DNA from: Candidatus Siliceabacter maunaloa
Lineage (GTDB): Bacteria; Actinomycetota; Thermoleophilia; Solirubrobacterales; Solirubrobacteraceae
Assembly (NCBI GenBank): GCA_024330185.1
Contig: JANDLV010000011.1
Location: forward strand, 19,081-83,080
Direction: 5' to 3'
Length of the DNA: 64,000 nt
Shown here: in pieces, positions 37,876-48,165 of the stretch
Numbering within the stretch: the stretch's first letter is position 1
How the letters are laid out: each line of letters starts with the position of its first letter
Notes under the pieces: model-generated
Databases searched by the model: none
What the model saw: only the letters and a program-made list of their open reading frames with translations
What the model was told of the DNA's origin: nothing
Made by a program: the position numbers and the translations under genes

Positions 37876-38934
37876 TCAGGCCTGCTGCATCCCGTACTGC
37901 TCGGCCAGCTCAGGGTCCTTGGCGGCCAGCATCTCGGCCAGGTCGACCATCACGCGGCACTGCTTCCAGGTCGCGTCGTCCTGCATCTTGCCGTCGATCA
38001 TGTGCACGCCGCGCCCGTCGGGGATGGCCTCGATCACCTTCCGGGCGAAGGCGACCTCGTCGGGGTCGGGGGAGAACACCTTCCTGGCGATGTCGATCTG
38101 CACGGGGTGCAGCGACCACGTCCCCACGCAGCCCAGCAGGAACGCCGCGCGGAACTGGGTCTCGCAGCCCGCGACGTCCTTGATGTCGCCGAAGGGCCCG
38201 TAGAAGGGGAGGATCCCGGCGCTGGTGCAGGCGTCGACCATGCGCGCGACGGTGTAGTGCCAGGGGTCCTGCTGGGCGCTGGTCCGGGGGGCCTCCAGGT
38301 CGCCGTCGACCGGGTCCTCGATCACGCGGTAGCCGGGGTGCCCGCCGCCCACGCGGGTGGTCTTCATGCGCCGGAAGGCGGCCAGGTCGGCCGGGCCCAG
38401 GCTCATGCCCTGCATACGCGGTGAGGCGTGGGCGATCTCCTCGACGTTGGCCACGCCCGTCGAGGTCTCGAGGAGCGCGTGCACCAGCAGCGGACGGTCC
38501 AGGCCGGCGCGCGCCTCGAGCTGGGCCAGCAGGCGGTCAACGTAGTGGATGTCCCACGGCCCCTCGACCTTGGGCACCATGATGACCTCGAGCTTGTCGC
38601 CGATCTCGCCGACGAGCTGTGTGAGGTCGTCGAGGACCCACGGCGACTCGAGCGCGTTGACGCGCGTCCACAGGGCGGTCTGCCCGAGGTCCATCGTCTT
38701 GCCGACCTCGATCAGGCCCGCCCGCGCCGCCTCCTTGCGGTCCGCCGGGATCGCATCCTCGAGATTGCCCAGCAGGATGTCGGTCTTCATGGCGATGTCG
38801 GCCGCCTTGGCGACCATCTTCTCGTTGGAGAAGTCCAGGAAGTGGATCATCCGTGTCGGCGTGACTGGCATCTCGCGGATCGGGTAGGGAGCGTTCAGCG
38901 CAAGGGGCTTGTAGAAGTCGCGTGGGTGTCGCAT
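37876..38934 (-). CDS. mcl: HpcH/CitE-superfamily acyl-CoA lyase, Mcl type (malyl-/beta-methylmalyl-/citramalyl-CoA lyase-like)
   Basis: 352 aa with [39 protein letters not shown] and [14 protein letters not shown]. From memory these match the long Chloroflexus-type Mcl rather than CitE proper. Confidence 0.8.
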   Translation of the reverse strand: MRHPRDFYKPLALNAPYPIREMPVTPTRMIHFLDFSNEKMVAKAADIAMKTDILLGNLEDAIPADRKEAARAGLIEVGKTMDLGQTALWTRVNALESPWVLDDLTQLVGEIGDKLEVIMVPKVEGPWDIHYVDRLLAQLEARAGLDRPLLVHALLETSTGVANVEEIAHASPRMQGMSLGPADLAAFRRMKTTRVGGGHPGYRVIEDPVDGDLEAPRTSAQQDPWHYTVARMVDACTSAGILPFYGPFGDIKDVAGCETQFRAAFLLGCVGTWSLHPVQIDIARKVFSPDPDEVAFARKVIEAIPDGRGVHMIDGKMQDDATWKQCRVMVDLAEMLAAKDPELAEQYGMQQA

Positions 38935-39033
38935 AGGGCGCAGACCCTATTGACCTGATCACCTGACGGCGAAGTGATCCAAGCGGGCGTCCACCGCGCT
39001 AGGGCCGAAAGAAAGCGACCTACGGAGGATCAC

Positions 39034-39849
39034 GTGTCAGAGACGCTCAACTACGTATACGAGACCATGGACGACGTCCACAAGGACAAGTCCGCCGCCA
39101 CCCGCCGGCAGATGATTGCCGGTACCGGTGCGCTACTGGGGACCATGGGCATGCTCGCCTGGGCCGATCAGGCCGAGGCGCAGATCAGCGAGGACTCGCC
39201 CAACACGGTGGAGAACATCCTCAACATCGCGGCGACGGCCGAGGTCCTGGCCACCATCGTGAACACGGTGGGCGGCGAGCGCATCGAGCTCAACACGCTC
39301 GAGCGGAAGAACATCGAGGGCGCCGCCTTCGAGGAGAAGATCCACTACGACGTGCTGATCTCCGACGGCGTCGGCGGCGTGCCGCTGACCAAGACCATCT
39401 GGGTCCCGGACGCCGTCTTCTCCAACCGCACGGAGTTCTTCGGGACCCTGGCGGTGGGTGACCAGATCTTCATCAACGCCTACCTGCTGGGCACCACGGT
39501 GTTCGCGCGGGCCGGCGGCAGCACCAACGCGCGCTTCGCGCGCTTCGCGGCCGAGTTCATGTCCGCCGAGGCCGTGCACCGCGCGCTGGCCATCCAGTCG
39601 CTCAGCGGCAACACCGCGAGCGGCAACGACCGCGTGTTCGCCAAGTTCGCGCAGACCGAGCCGGCGACCACCGTGCCCAACACCGGCCAGCCGGGCTTCT
39701 TCGACATCAACGGGGCGGTCACGCAGCTCCAGGCGGCCGGCTTCGGCTTCGGCGAGGAGGGCGCGACCCCGGGCGCGTTCTACGAGTACGACGAGGTCTC
39801 GGCGCGCACGCCGGAGCCCAGCTTCGTCAACACCCGCTCGCCCTCCTAG
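39034..39849 (+). CDS. Tat-secreted ferritin-like-domain protein
   Basis: GTG 39034 follows GGAGGA. There is a twin-arginine leader (ATRRQMIAGTGALLG) and an ILNIAATAEVLA..FEEKIHY..AEAVHR helical pattern of ferritin-like domains. Confidence 0.55.
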   Translation: MSETLNYVYETMDDVHKDKSAATRRQMIAGTGALLGTMGMLAWADQAEAQISEDSPNTVENILNIAATAEVLATIVNTVGGERIELNTLERKNIEGAAFEEKIHYDVLISDGVGGVPLTKTIWVPDAVFSNRTEFFGTLAVGDQIFINAYLLGTTVFARAGGSTNARFARFAAEFMSAEAVHRALAIQSLSGNTASGNDRVFAKFAQTEPATTVPNTGQPGFFDINGAVTQLQAAGFGFGEEGATPGAFYEYDEVSARTPEPSFVNTRSPS

Positions 39850-39913
39850 GGGGTGGAAGTCGCCCGAAGGCCGTCGCTTGCGGCGACCGGCGGGCGAAAC
39901 GCGGTCTCACCGC

Positions 39914-39937
39914 ACGGGGCGCCTTCGGGCGCCCCGT
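39914..39937 (+). terminator. GC-rich hairpin, possible intrinsic terminator
   Basis: acggggcgcc-ttcg-ggcgccccgt forms a perfect 10-bp stem with a tetraloop, 65 nt after the ferritin-like stop. There is no U-tract. Confidence 0.35.
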
Positions 39938-39965
39938 CTGCGTGCCGGGGTGCAAAGCTTGGGGC

Positions 39966-40499
39966 ATGAGCGACCACTTCACGACCGACCAGGCTGAGCG
40001 CGAAGCGTCCGGCGCCCGCCCCTACGGACGCTACCTCGAGGAGTTCGAGGTCGGCGCCGTCTACAAGCACTGGCCGGCCAAGACGGTGACCGAGGCCGAC
40101 GACCACCTGTTCTGCCTCGTCACCATGAACCACCACCCGCTGCACATCAACGACGTGTACGCGGGCGCCTCCCAGCAGGGCCGCAACGTGGTGGTGGGCC
40201 CGCTGGTCTACTCGCTGGCGCTGGGCATGAGCGTCTCCGACGTGTCGGGCAAGGCGATCGCCAACCTCCAGACCCAGGAGCTGAGCCACCCGGCCCCCGT
40301 GTTCCACGGCGACACCCTGTTCGTCGAATCCGAGGTGCTGGAGAAGAAGGAGTCGCGCTCCAAGCCCGACCGGGGCACCGTCAGGGTCCACACCCGCGTC
40401 TTCAACCAGGACGCCACGCTGGTGGCGGAGTTCAAGCGCCTGGTGCTCGTCCCCCGTCGCGAGGCCGGCGCCCCGCCGGCCGAGGGGGACGTGGAGTAG
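39966..40499 (+). CDS. MaoC-like (R)-specific enoyl-CoA hydratase/dehydratase (single hot-dog)
   Basis: ATG 39966 inside ORF 39942..40499. Motifs: DHLFCLVTMNHHPLHIND and GDTLFVESEVL. Confidence 0.8.
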   Translation: MSDHFTTDQAEREASGARPYGRYLEEFEVGAVYKHWPAKTVTEADDHLFCLVTMNHHPLHINDVYAGASQQGRNVVVGPLVYSLALGMSVSDVSGKAIANLQTQELSHPAPVFHGDTLFVESEVLEKKESRSKPDRGTVRVHTRVFNQDATLVAEFKRLVLVPRREAGAPPAEGDVE

Positions 40500-40518
40500 C
40501 GATCGGCCCGCGGCTGCG

Positions 40519-40821
40519 TCAGCTGGCCGCGCTGCGGCGGTCGATCGCGAGGGTGGTGCGCTCGACTATCAGGGTGAGCCACTCGCGGTAGGTCATGTCT
40601 CTCGCCCCGGTCGGGTCGTAGTCGGTCAGCCCGTAGGTCTCGAGGCGGGCCTGCAACTCGGGCTCGCTGAGGTCCTTGGCCAGAAGCGCTGCCGCGGCTT
40701 TGCGCGCACCGATCACCGGGCGGTTCTGACGAAGTACCCGGTCGGCGAGGTCCTCGACGACGGCGAGCACAACGCCGCCCAGGGCAAGGTACCGTCGAAG
40801 GCGGGGACGACCTCTCAACAC
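40519..40821 (-). CDS. hypothetical protein (100 aa)
   Basis: This is the only part of ORF 40519..41727 that does not lie antisense to pckG. It has a GTG start at 40821. No family was recognised. Confidence 0.3.
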   Translation of the reverse strand: MLRGRPRLRRYLALGGVVLAVVEDLADRVLRQNRPVIGARKAAAALLAKDLSEPELQARLETYGLTDYDPTGARDMTYREWLTLIVERTTLAIDRRSAAS

Positions 40822-40980
40822 TGCGAGTAGAGTCCCCGAGGGTAGCGTCCCCCCCAAACGTCGAGCGCGGCGCGCGACGCTCGGGAGGACCGAGGCCGAG
40901 GATACGTCGGATTGAGAAGGGACGCGCCGGAGGGGGGCCGGGTTCGGGCAGAATGCCCATCCCCTGCCTGACCTAGGAGC

Positions 40981-42816
40981 GTGAGCCGTACCGTGAGCAG
41001 CCAGACCACCGTGCCGACGACCAACCAGAAGCTGCTCGATTGGGTCGAGGAAGTCGCGGCGTTGACCCGCCCGGACACGGTGCACTGGTGCGACGGCTCG
41101 GCGGAGGAGTACGACGCCCTGGCCCAGCGGCTCGTCGAGGCCGGCACGTTCGAGCGCCTGGCCGACGCCAAGCGGCCCAACTCCTACCTGGCCCTCTCGG
41201 ACCCGGGCGACGTGGCCAGGGTCGAGGACCGCACCTACATCTGCACCCCCACCGAGGCCGAGGCTGGCCCGACCAACAACTGGCGCGACCCGCAGGAGAT
41301 GCGCGGCGTGCTCGAGGGCCTCTTCGACGGCGCGATGAAGGGACGCACCATGTACGTGGTGCCCTTCTCCATGGGCCCGCTGGGCTCGGACAAGAGCCAC
41401 ATCGGGGTGCAGCTCACCGACTCGGCCTACGTCGCCGTGTCCATGCGCATCATGACCCGCATGGGTAGGGGCGCGCTGGACGTGCTGGGCGCCGACGGCG
41501 ACTTCGTGCCGTGCCTGCACTCGGTGGGCATGCCCTTGGATGAGAGCGTCGCCGACGTGCCGTGGCCCTGCAACGCCGACAACAAGTACATCGTCCACTT
41601 CACCCGCGAGCGCGAGATCTGGTCCTACGGCTCGGGCTACGGCGGCAACGCGCTGCTGGGCAAGAAGTGCTTCGCGCTGCGCATCGCCTCGATCATGGCC
41701 CGCGACGAGGGCTGGATGGCCGAGCACATGCTCATCCTCAAGCTCACCTCGCCCGAGGGCGAGGTCAAGGTGATCACCGGCGCGTTCCCCAGCGCGTGCG
41801 GAAAGACCAACCTGGCGATGCTGATCCCGACGCTGGAGGGCTGGACGGTCGAGACCGTCGGCGACGACATCGCCTGGATGAAGTTCGGCGAGGACGGGCG
41901 CCTGTACGCCATCAACCCCGAGTCAGGCTTCTTCGGCGTGGCGCCGGGCACCGGCGAGAAGACCAACCCCAACGCCCTGGCCACCATCCGGGCCAACACC
42001 ATCTTCACCAACTGTGCGCGCACCGACGACGGCGACGTGTGGTGGGAGGGGATGACCGCTCAGCCGCCCGACCACGCCATCGACTGGCACGGCGACGACT
42101 GGACGCCCGACAGCGACACGCCGGCCGCCCATCCCAACGCCCGCTTCACCACGCCGGCCGCGCAGGACCCTGCCATCGCGCCGGAGTGGGAGGATCCCCA
42201 GGGCCTCGCGGTGGACGCGATGCTCTTCGGCGGCCGCCGCGCCACGGTGGTGCCGCTGGTCACCGAGGCCTTCGACTGGGAGCATGGCGTGTTCCTGGGC
42301 GCGACCATGGCCTCCGAGAAGACCGCGGCCGCCGCGGGCACGGTGGGCGACCTGCGCTTCGACCCCTTCGCGATGCTGCCCTTCCTCGGCTACGACATGG
42401 CCGAGTACTTCCGCCACTGGCTCGAGGTCGGGCGGCGCGATGGCGCACAGCTCCCCCGCATCTTCCAGGTCAACTGGTTTCGCAAGGATCCGCAGACTGG
42501 CCGGTTCCTGTGGCCGGGCTTCGGCGAGAACAGCCGGGTGCTGGCGTGGGTCTTCGGCCGCGTGGCGGGCCACGCCGAGGCCGTCGAGACGCCCATCGGC
42601 CTCCTGCCTCCCGTGGGCGAGAACGGCATCGACATCAGCGGGCTGGACATCGATCCCGACGCCCTCGCCCAGGTCCTGGAGGTCGACGCCGACGCGTTCC
42701 GCGAGCAACTCCTCCAGGTCAAGGAGCACCTTGCCGTGTTCGGCGACGACCTGCCCCGCGAGATCCACGATCAGCTCGCCGCGCTCGAGCGGCGTCTCGA
42801 GAAGGCGGCGGCGTAG
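40981..42816 (+). CDS. pckG: phosphoenolpyruvate carboxykinase (GTP)
   Basis: 611 aa with [39 protein letters not shown], and NWFRKD. Confidence 0.95.
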   Translation: MSRTVSSQTTVPTTNQKLLDWVEEVAALTRPDTVHWCDGSAEEYDALAQRLVEAGTFERLADAKRPNSYLALSDPGDVARVEDRTYICTPTEAEAGPTNNWRDPQEMRGVLEGLFDGAMKGRTMYVVPFSMGPLGSDKSHIGVQLTDSAYVAVSMRIMTRMGRGALDVLGADGDFVPCLHSVGMPLDESVADVPWPCNADNKYIVHFTREREIWSYGSGYGGNALLGKKCFALRIASIMARDEGWMAEHMLILKLTSPEGEVKVITGAFPSACGKTNLAMLIPTLEGWTVETVGDDIAWMKFGEDGRLYAINPESGFFGVAPGTGEKTNPNALATIRANTIFTNCARTDDGDVWWEGMTAQPPDHAIDWHGDDWTPDSDTPAAHPNARFTTPAAQDPAIAPEWEDPQGLAVDAMLFGGRRATVVPLVTEAFDWEHGVFLGATMASEKTAAAAGTVGDLRFDPFAMLPFLGYDMAEYFRHWLEVGRRDGAQLPRIFQVNWFRKDPQTGRFLWPGFGENSRVLAWVFGRVAGHAEAVETPIGLLPPVGENGIDISGLDIDPDALAQVLEVDADAFREQLLQVKEHLAVFGDDLPREIHDQLAALERRLEKAAA

Positions 42817-42992
42817 CCGGCGATCGCGAGCGGCTGCGGCGCGCCCTCGAGCGTGCCGCATGGCTGCTGGCCGATGCGCCGAGCACGCGGCTGGCGCTGG
42901 CCCACCTGGCCGGTGTCCTGCCGCCGGGCGCCGATGCCGAGCTGCCACCCGACCTGCGCCGCCGGCTGCAGGCCGCGGCGGCCGACGGCCGC

Positions 42993-44072
42993 GTGGCGAT
43001 GCCCGTCGATCACGTCGAGCGTCAGCTCCGCGAGGCGTGGGGGAGCGTCGACGGCGTCCTGGACGAGCTGGATCCCGAGCCGGTCGCGGTGCGTCCGGGC
43101 GGCCAGGTCCACCGCGGCGTGCACGACGGCGCGCCGGTAGCGGTCAAGGTGCGCCGCCCCGGCCTGGCCCCCGTGGTGCGCGGCGATCTCGTGCTCGTCG
43201 AGCAGGCCGCGCGCATGGTCGCCGGGGCGGCGCCGGGCATCGACGTCGCCGGCCTGCTGCGCGAGCTGCGCGAGCGCACCCTGGACGAGTTCGACCTGGA
43301 GCACGAGGCCTCGGTGCAGCGCTCCTTCGCCCGCGCGCTGCGCTCGTCGGGGCGTTTCGTGGTGGGGCGGCCGGACAGCGAGCTGTCGGCCGAGACGGTG
43401 CTCGTCACGCCGTGGGTGGAGGGCACGCCCGTCGTCGCGCTGGTAGCCGACGACCAGGGAGAAACTCAGGGGCCCCGCCTTGGCCAGGCACCCAGCGGTG
43501 CTCAGGCACCCCCCGCCGCCGTGCGCCTGGGCGCCGCCCAGGCGTTGGTGGCCTTCCACCTCGGCGCCGGGCGCTCTGGCACCGTGCACGCCGACCCGGA
43601 CCCGCGCGACGCGTTGCTGACGCCCGACGGGCGCCTCGCCATCCTCGACTTCGGCGCAACGGCACAGGTATCCGCCCAACGCGTGGGCCTGGCCACGGCC
43701 ACCCTCGATGCGCTCGCCCAGCGCGACGGGCCCGGGCTGGCCCGGGCGCTGGACGCGCTGGGCTGGCTGCCGGGCGCGAGCGCCGACGACGGCGCCGTCC
43801 TCCTGCGCGTGGCCGAGCGGGTCCTGGGCCCGTTCCTCGACGGCCCCGCCCTCCTCGACCTGGACGCGGTGGGTGACATCATGGAGCGCGCGGGACAGGC
43901 GGCGGAGCCGCAGGCCACGGCGCTGGTCCAGCGCACCGCCGTCCAGCCGCAGGACCTCTGGCCGCTGCGCGGCCTGGGTCAGCTCGTGCTGGCGCTCGCG
44001 CCGCTGGGCGTCGAGGCCGACTGGCTCACGCTGGGCCGCGAGGCGCTGGCCCACGGCTGGGACGGCGCGTAG
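42993..44072 (+). CDS. ABC1/UbiB-family atypical kinase-like protein
   Basis: Motifs: VAVKVRRPGL, LDEFDLEHEA, VLVTPWVEG, HADPDPRD and ILDFGA. GTG 42993 is the first canonical start, but homology extends upstream to about 42834. Confidence 0.7.
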   Translation: MAMPVDHVERQLREAWGSVDGVLDELDPEPVAVRPGGQVHRGVHDGAPVAVKVRRPGLAPVVRGDLVLVEQAARMVAGAAPGIDVAGLLRELRERTLDEFDLEHEASVQRSFARALRSSGRFVVGRPDSELSAETVLVTPWVEGTPVVALVADDQGETQGPRLGQAPSGAQAPPAAVRLGAAQALVAFHLGAGRSGTVHADPDPRDALLTPDGRLAILDFGATAQVSAQRVGLATATLDALAQRDGPGLARALDALGWLPGASADDGAVLLRVAERVLGPFLDGPALLDLDAVGDIMERAGQAAEPQATALVQRTAVQPQDLWPLRGLGQLVLALAPLGVEADWLTLGREALAHGWDGA

Positions 44073-44129
44073 GCCGGCTGCCTCGCGGGGAGGCTGCGCC
44101 CCAACCACACCGACCCAGGGGAGCCGCCC

Positions 44130-44336
44130 GTGCCCGACAACGTCTACAAGACCGTCGAGATCACCGGAACGTCGTCGTCGGGCATGGACGACGCGATCGC
44201 CAACGCCGTGAGCACCGCCGCGAAGACGCTGCGCAACCTCGACTGGTACCAGGTCGTAGAGGTCCGCGGCCACATCGAGGAGCAGGAGGTCATACACACA
44301 CAGGTCACGCTGAAGATCGGCTTTCGCCTGGAGTAG
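44130..44336 (+). CDS. dodecin family flavin-binding protein
   Basis: 68 aa with YKTVEITGTSSSGMDDAI..LDWYQVVEVRGHI..VTLKIGFRLE. Confidence 0.8.
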   Translation: MPDNVYKTVEITGTSSSGMDDAIANAVSTAAKTLRNLDWYQVVEVRGHIEEQEVIHTQVTLKIGFRLE

Positions 44337-44383
44337 ACGGTGGAGGCCGCCGCAGCCGCCGTCGCCCGCGGTAGTGTGACGGC

Positions 44384-45877
44384 ATGTCAACCAACGGTGC
44401 ACGCGCCCTCAGTGTGGTCATCGTCGGCGCGGGCTTCGGCGGGATCGCCGCCGCGATCGAGCTGCGTCGCCACGGCTTTCGCGACATCACGATCCTCGAG
44501 GCGGCGCCGCGGCTGGGGGGCACGTGGCTGTACAACACCTACCCGGGCGCGGCGTGCGACGTCCCCAGCCACCTGTACTCCTTCTCCTTCGCCCAGCGGC
44601 GCGACTGGCCGCGGCTGTGCTCCGGGCAGGCCGAGATCCTCGCTTACCTGGAGTGCGTCGCCCACGACTACGGCGTCGACGGCCTCGTGGTCTGCGACAC
44701 GCAGGTCACCGCCTGCGCGTGGGACGACGAGCGCGCGCAGTGGTCGGTGGCCACCGCGCGGGGCCACAGCTACGCGGCCGACGCGATCATCATCGCCACG
44801 GGGCAACTGCATCAGCCGGCCCACCCGCGGATCCCGGGCATCGAGACCTTCGCCGGCCAGAGCTTCCATTCCGCGCGCTGGAACCACGACGTCCCGCTGA
44901 GCGGCCGGCGCGTGGCGGTCGTCGGGACGGGGGCCAGCGCCGTGCAGCTCGTCCCCGAGGTGGCCGAGCAGGCCGCGAGGCTCACCGTCTTCCAGCGCAC
45001 GGGCAACTGGCTCCTGCCGCGCCGCAACCGCCCCTACCCACCGGCGATCAGGACGCTGATCGAGCGGGTGCCCGGGGTCCAGGCCTTCCGCCGGCGGTTC
45101 ATGTTCCAGTACGGCGAAGCCATCACGCTGGCCATCCGTCACCCCGCGACCATCGGGCGGCTTCTCAGGTTGCGCTCGATCGCCTTCATGCGCTGGCAGC
45201 TGCGCGACCGCGAGCTGCGGCGCAAGGTCTGGCCCGGCTACACGTTCGGCTGCAAGCGCATCCTGTTCTCGTCGGCCTTCCTGCCCGCGCTGCAGCGCCC
45301 TGACGTGGAGTTGGTGACCGAGGCGGTCAGGGCCGTGCGGGCCAACGGCGTCGTGGCCGCCGACGGCACCCTCCACGAGGCCGACGTCCTGATCTACGCC
45401 ACCGGCTTCAAGAGCAACGACTTCATGTTCCCGATGGAGGTCACGGGCCGGGATGGCCGCTCGCTGCGCGACGACTGGGCCGCCGGCGCGCACGCGCACC
45501 TCGGTATCACGGTGCCGGGCTACCCCTCCATGTTCGTCCTCTACGGGCCCAACACGAACACGTCGGGCGGCTCCATCATCGCCTACCTGGAGGCGCAGGC
45601 CGCCTACCTGCGCCAGGCGCTCACGCTGATGCGCGACCACGGCGCCGGGGGCATCGAGGTGCGCCCCGAGATCGAGGCGGCCAGCGACCGCGAGACCCAG
45701 GATCGCTTCCGGGGCACCGCCTGGACGCGCTGTGACTCCTGGTATCGCGACGAGGACGGGCGCATCGTGGCCAACTGGCCCGGCTACATGCGCGAGTACC
45801 TGCGGGCGACGCGCGAGCTCGACCCGGCGCAGTACCTGCTCACCCCGGCGCCGCGGCCGACGGTCGCGAGCCTCTGA
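44384..45877 (+). CDS. flavin-dependent (Baeyer-Villiger/FMO-type) monooxygenase
   Basis: Motifs: VIVGAGFGGIAAA, GGTWLYNTYPG, the FAGQSFHSARW fingerprint, and a second GTGASAVQ dinucleotide site. Confidence 0.8.
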   Translation: MSTNGARALSVVIVGAGFGGIAAAIELRRHGFRDITILEAAPRLGGTWLYNTYPGAACDVPSHLYSFSFAQRRDWPRLCSGQAEILAYLECVAHDYGVDGLVVCDTQVTACAWDDERAQWSVATARGHSYAADAIIIATGQLHQPAHPRIPGIETFAGQSFHSARWNHDVPLSGRRVAVVGTGASAVQLVPEVAEQAARLTVFQRTGNWLLPRRNRPYPPAIRTLIERVPGVQAFRRRFMFQYGEAITLAIRHPATIGRLLRLRSIAFMRWQLRDRELRRKVWPGYTFGCKRILFSSAFLPALQRPDVELVTEAVRAVRANGVVAADGTLHEADVLIYATGFKSNDFMFPMEVTGRDGRSLRDDWAAGAHAHLGITVPGYPSMFVLYGPNTNTSGGSIIAYLEAQAAYLRQALTLMRDHGAGGIEVRPEIEAASDRETQDRFRGTAWTRCDSWYRDEDGRIVANWPGYMREYLRATRELDPAQYLLTPAPRPTVASL

Positions 45878-45887
45878 GCGCCGGCGC

Positions 45888-46457
45888 TCAGTGCCGGTTG
45901 CCACCCGCCGCGGCGGGTGGGCGCTCCTCCTTGGCCAGCGAGGTGATCTCCAGTGTGCCGCGGGAGGCCTCCTCGAGGACCTGTATGGCCTCCTCGCGCG
46001 AGCGGGCGTAGAGCTCCACGAGCAGGTGGACCACGACGCGCGTGTCGCCCTCATGCTTGTGGAAGCGCACGTGGGTGAAGAACTCACGGGTGCCGTGGTC
46101 GCCGAAGGCGGCGAAGGAGAGCGCGTCGCCGGCCTCGGGGCCCGAGCAGCTCTCGACGTCCTCGGCGTCCACCGCCACGACGCACGAGGCGACCCAGGGT
46201 TGCCCGGCCACCATGCGCTCCCACCGGTCCTCGATGGGGCTCACGCGGCCGTCGTGCAGGCCCAGGTGGGGCTGATCGTGCATGCAGGCCAGGCACTGGA
46301 CGACGGCCTCCTGCACCTCGTCGACGACCTCGGCGCGCTCGCCGGTCTGCGGGTCGACGCGGTGGATGCCCTCGTAGTGGACCTGCACCTCCAGGTCGGT
46401 GGACCAGCAGCGGTAGCAGCGCAGCCAGGCCAGGGCGTCAACGGCGTCCATACCCAC
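45888..46457 (-). CDS. hypothetical protein with N-terminal 2x CxxC zinc-ribbon-like motif
   Basis: 189 aa with CYRC at residues 14-17 and CLAC at 55-58. No family recognised. Confidence 0.5.
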   Translation of the reverse strand: MGMDAVDALAWLRCYRCWSTDLEVQVHYEGIHRVDPQTGERAEVVDEVQEAVVQCLACMHDQPHLGLHDGRVSPIEDRWERMVAGQPWVASCVVAVDAEDVESCSGPEAGDALSFAAFGDHGTREFFTHVRFHKHEGDTRVVVHLLVELYARSREEAIQVLEEASRGTLEITSLAKEERPPAAAGGNRH

Positions 46458-46570
46458 GGAGTCTACGATGAGTCCCGTGCCCGGGAGCCTGCCCGAGGTC
46501 GCCCCGATCGCTCCCGCGCCGTCAGTCCGTCCGCTCGCTGCGCGACCCTTGGCCCGTGTGGATCGCCCGG

Positions 46571-46702
46571 ATGACCTGCTCGGACCCGGACTGCCCCGAC
46601 GAGCTCGAGGCCGTAGTCGACGACGTGAGCGAACTCGAGGCCCTGGCCTGCGCGTGTGGCTGCACCATGGCGGTCGTCGCCTGGCCCGACCGCACCGACT
46701 GA
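46571..46702 (+). CDS. candidate small Cys-rich protein (43 aa)
   Basis: MTCSDPDCPDELEAVVDDVSELEALACACGCTMAVVAWPDRTD. About 38 of 43 third codon positions are G/C, which is coding-like. An alternative in-frame GTG is at 46556. It is below the ORF-track length cut-off. Confidence 0.3.
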   Translation: MTCSDPDCPDELEAVVDDVSELEALACACGCTMAVVAWPDRTD

Positions 46703-46713
46703 CGCGGGGCGGG

Positions 46714-47709
46714 CTACCCGCCGATGGCGCTCATGGAGCGTGCCGGTTGGATGAAGCCCGGCTCGTTCACATGGTGCTTGAGCTCCTTGCGCCAGACGGC
46801 GTCGCGGATGATCTGCTCCAGGTCGTCGTCGGTCGCGCCGTCGCGCAGCGGGGCGCGCAGGTCGGTCTCGTTGAGGCTGAACAGGCAGGTGCGCAGCTTT
46901 CCGTCGGCGGTGAGGCGGATGCGGTCGCAGTCGGCGCAGAAGGGCTCGCTGACCGGGTTGATGAACCCGAGCCTTCCCTGGCCGTCGGCGAAGCGGAAGA
47001 CGCGGGCGGTGGCGTTGGGCTCGCGCGGCTGGGCCTCCAGCGGGTACACGGCGTGCACGGCGGCGCGGATCTCGTCGCCGGTGAGGACCTTCGCGTGGTC
47101 CCACGAGCGGTCGGCGTCCAGGGGCATGAACTCGATGAAGCGCACCTCGTAGGGGTGCTCGCGGGCGAAACGTGCGAAGGGGAGGGTCTCCTCCTCGGTG
47201 AATCCGCGGATGGCCACCGCGTTGACCTTGATGGGGTGGGCCTGCGGGAAGGCGGCCAGCGCCGCGAGCCCGCGCAGCACCTGGGGCAGCGCGTCGCGGC
47301 GGGTCATCTCGTAGAAGCGGTCGCGCTGCAGCGAGTCGATCGAGACGTTGAAGCGCCCGATCCCCGCCTCGACCAGGGCGGCGGCGTCGCGCTCGAGCAG
47401 GAAGCCGTTGGTGGTGATGCTCAGGTCATCGAGGCCCGCCACGGCGGCGAGCATCGCCGCCAGACGGGGGAACTCGCGGCGCACGAGCGGCTCCCCGCCG
47501 GTCAGGCGCACCGCGCTGACGCCCATCTCGGCCAGCAGGCCCGTGAGGCGCTCGATCTCCTCGAAGCGCAGTACGTCGTCGCGCTCCAGCCACGGCAGGC
47601 CTTCGGCGGGCATGCAGTACTGGCAGCGGAAGTTGCAGCGGTCGGTGACCGAGACGCGTACGTCACCGATGTGGCGGCCGTGGCCGTCGACGAGGGGGGC
47701 GCGAGCCAT
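46714..47709 (-). CDS. moaA: GTP 3',8-cyclase (molybdenum cofactor biosynthesis protein A)
   Basis: ATG 47709 inside ORF 46714..48219. Motifs: the radical-SAM CNFRCQYC, the C-terminal CADCDRIRLTADGKLRTC cluster, and a terminal GG. Confidence 0.9.
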   Translation of the reverse strand: MARAPLVDGHGRHIGDVRVSVTDRCNFRCQYCMPAEGLPWLERDDVLRFEEIERLTGLLAEMGVSAVRLTGGEPLVRREFPRLAAMLAAVAGLDDLSITTNGFLLERDAAALVEAGIGRFNVSIDSLQRDRFYEMTRRDALPQVLRGLAALAAFPQAHPIKVNAVAIRGFTEEETLPFARFAREHPYEVRFIEFMPLDADRSWDHAKVLTGDEIRAAVHAVYPLEAQPREPNATARVFRFADGQGRLGFINPVSEPFCADCDRIRLTADGKLRTCLFSLNETDLRAPLRDGATDDDLEQIIRDAVWRKELKHHVNEPGFIQPARSMSAIGG

Positions 47710-47733
47710 CGTCTCCAGGCTACCCTGCCGGCC

Positions 47734-48165
47734 GTGCAGCGTGTCACCATCGCCACCTTCCTGACCGCGGGCGTCCTCGCGCTCGTCGCCGCGGGCTGCG
47801 GCAAGAGCGATTTCGAGCAGGTCGAGACGACCATGCAGGATTTCGCCACGGGTATCGCCGAGGAGGACTACACCGGCCTGTGCGACGACATCCTGGCCGG
47901 CGAGCTGGTCGTGAGCGTGCGCTCGGTCGGCCTGGACTGCCCGGTGGCGCTGAGCCTGGCCCTCGAGGAGGTCCAGGCGCCCCGCCTGGAGATCGTGGAC
48001 ATCGACATCGAGGACGACGAGGCCCTGGCCCGGGTGCGCACCACCGCCGAAGGGCAGGAGCCCTCCGAGGACGCCGTGCGCCTGGTCAAGCAGGACGGCG
48101 ACTGGCGCGTGGCCTCCCTCTCCGCCGCCCAGCCCCAGCCGCCGCCCGCGCCTGTCGCTCCCTGA
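47734..48165 (+). CDS. lipoprotein (NTF2/DUF4878-like)
   Basis: GTG 47734 in the frame of ORF 46468..48165. The signal peptide with lipobox reads LTAGVLALVAAGCG. Confidence 0.55.
   Translation: MQRVTIATFLTAGVLALVAAGCGKSDFEQVETTMQDFATGIAEEDYTGLCDDILAGELVVSVRSVGLDCPVALSLALEEVQAPRLEIVDIDIEDDEALARVRTTAEGQEPSEDAVRLVKQDGDWRVASLSAAQPQPPPAPVAP

Noticed and set aside
40822-41727. Upstream 300 codons of ORF 40519..41727 (-)
   Set aside because: This part lies antisense to pckG, or falls in the pckG promoter region. Only the last 100 codons are outside pckG, and they were kept at low confidence.
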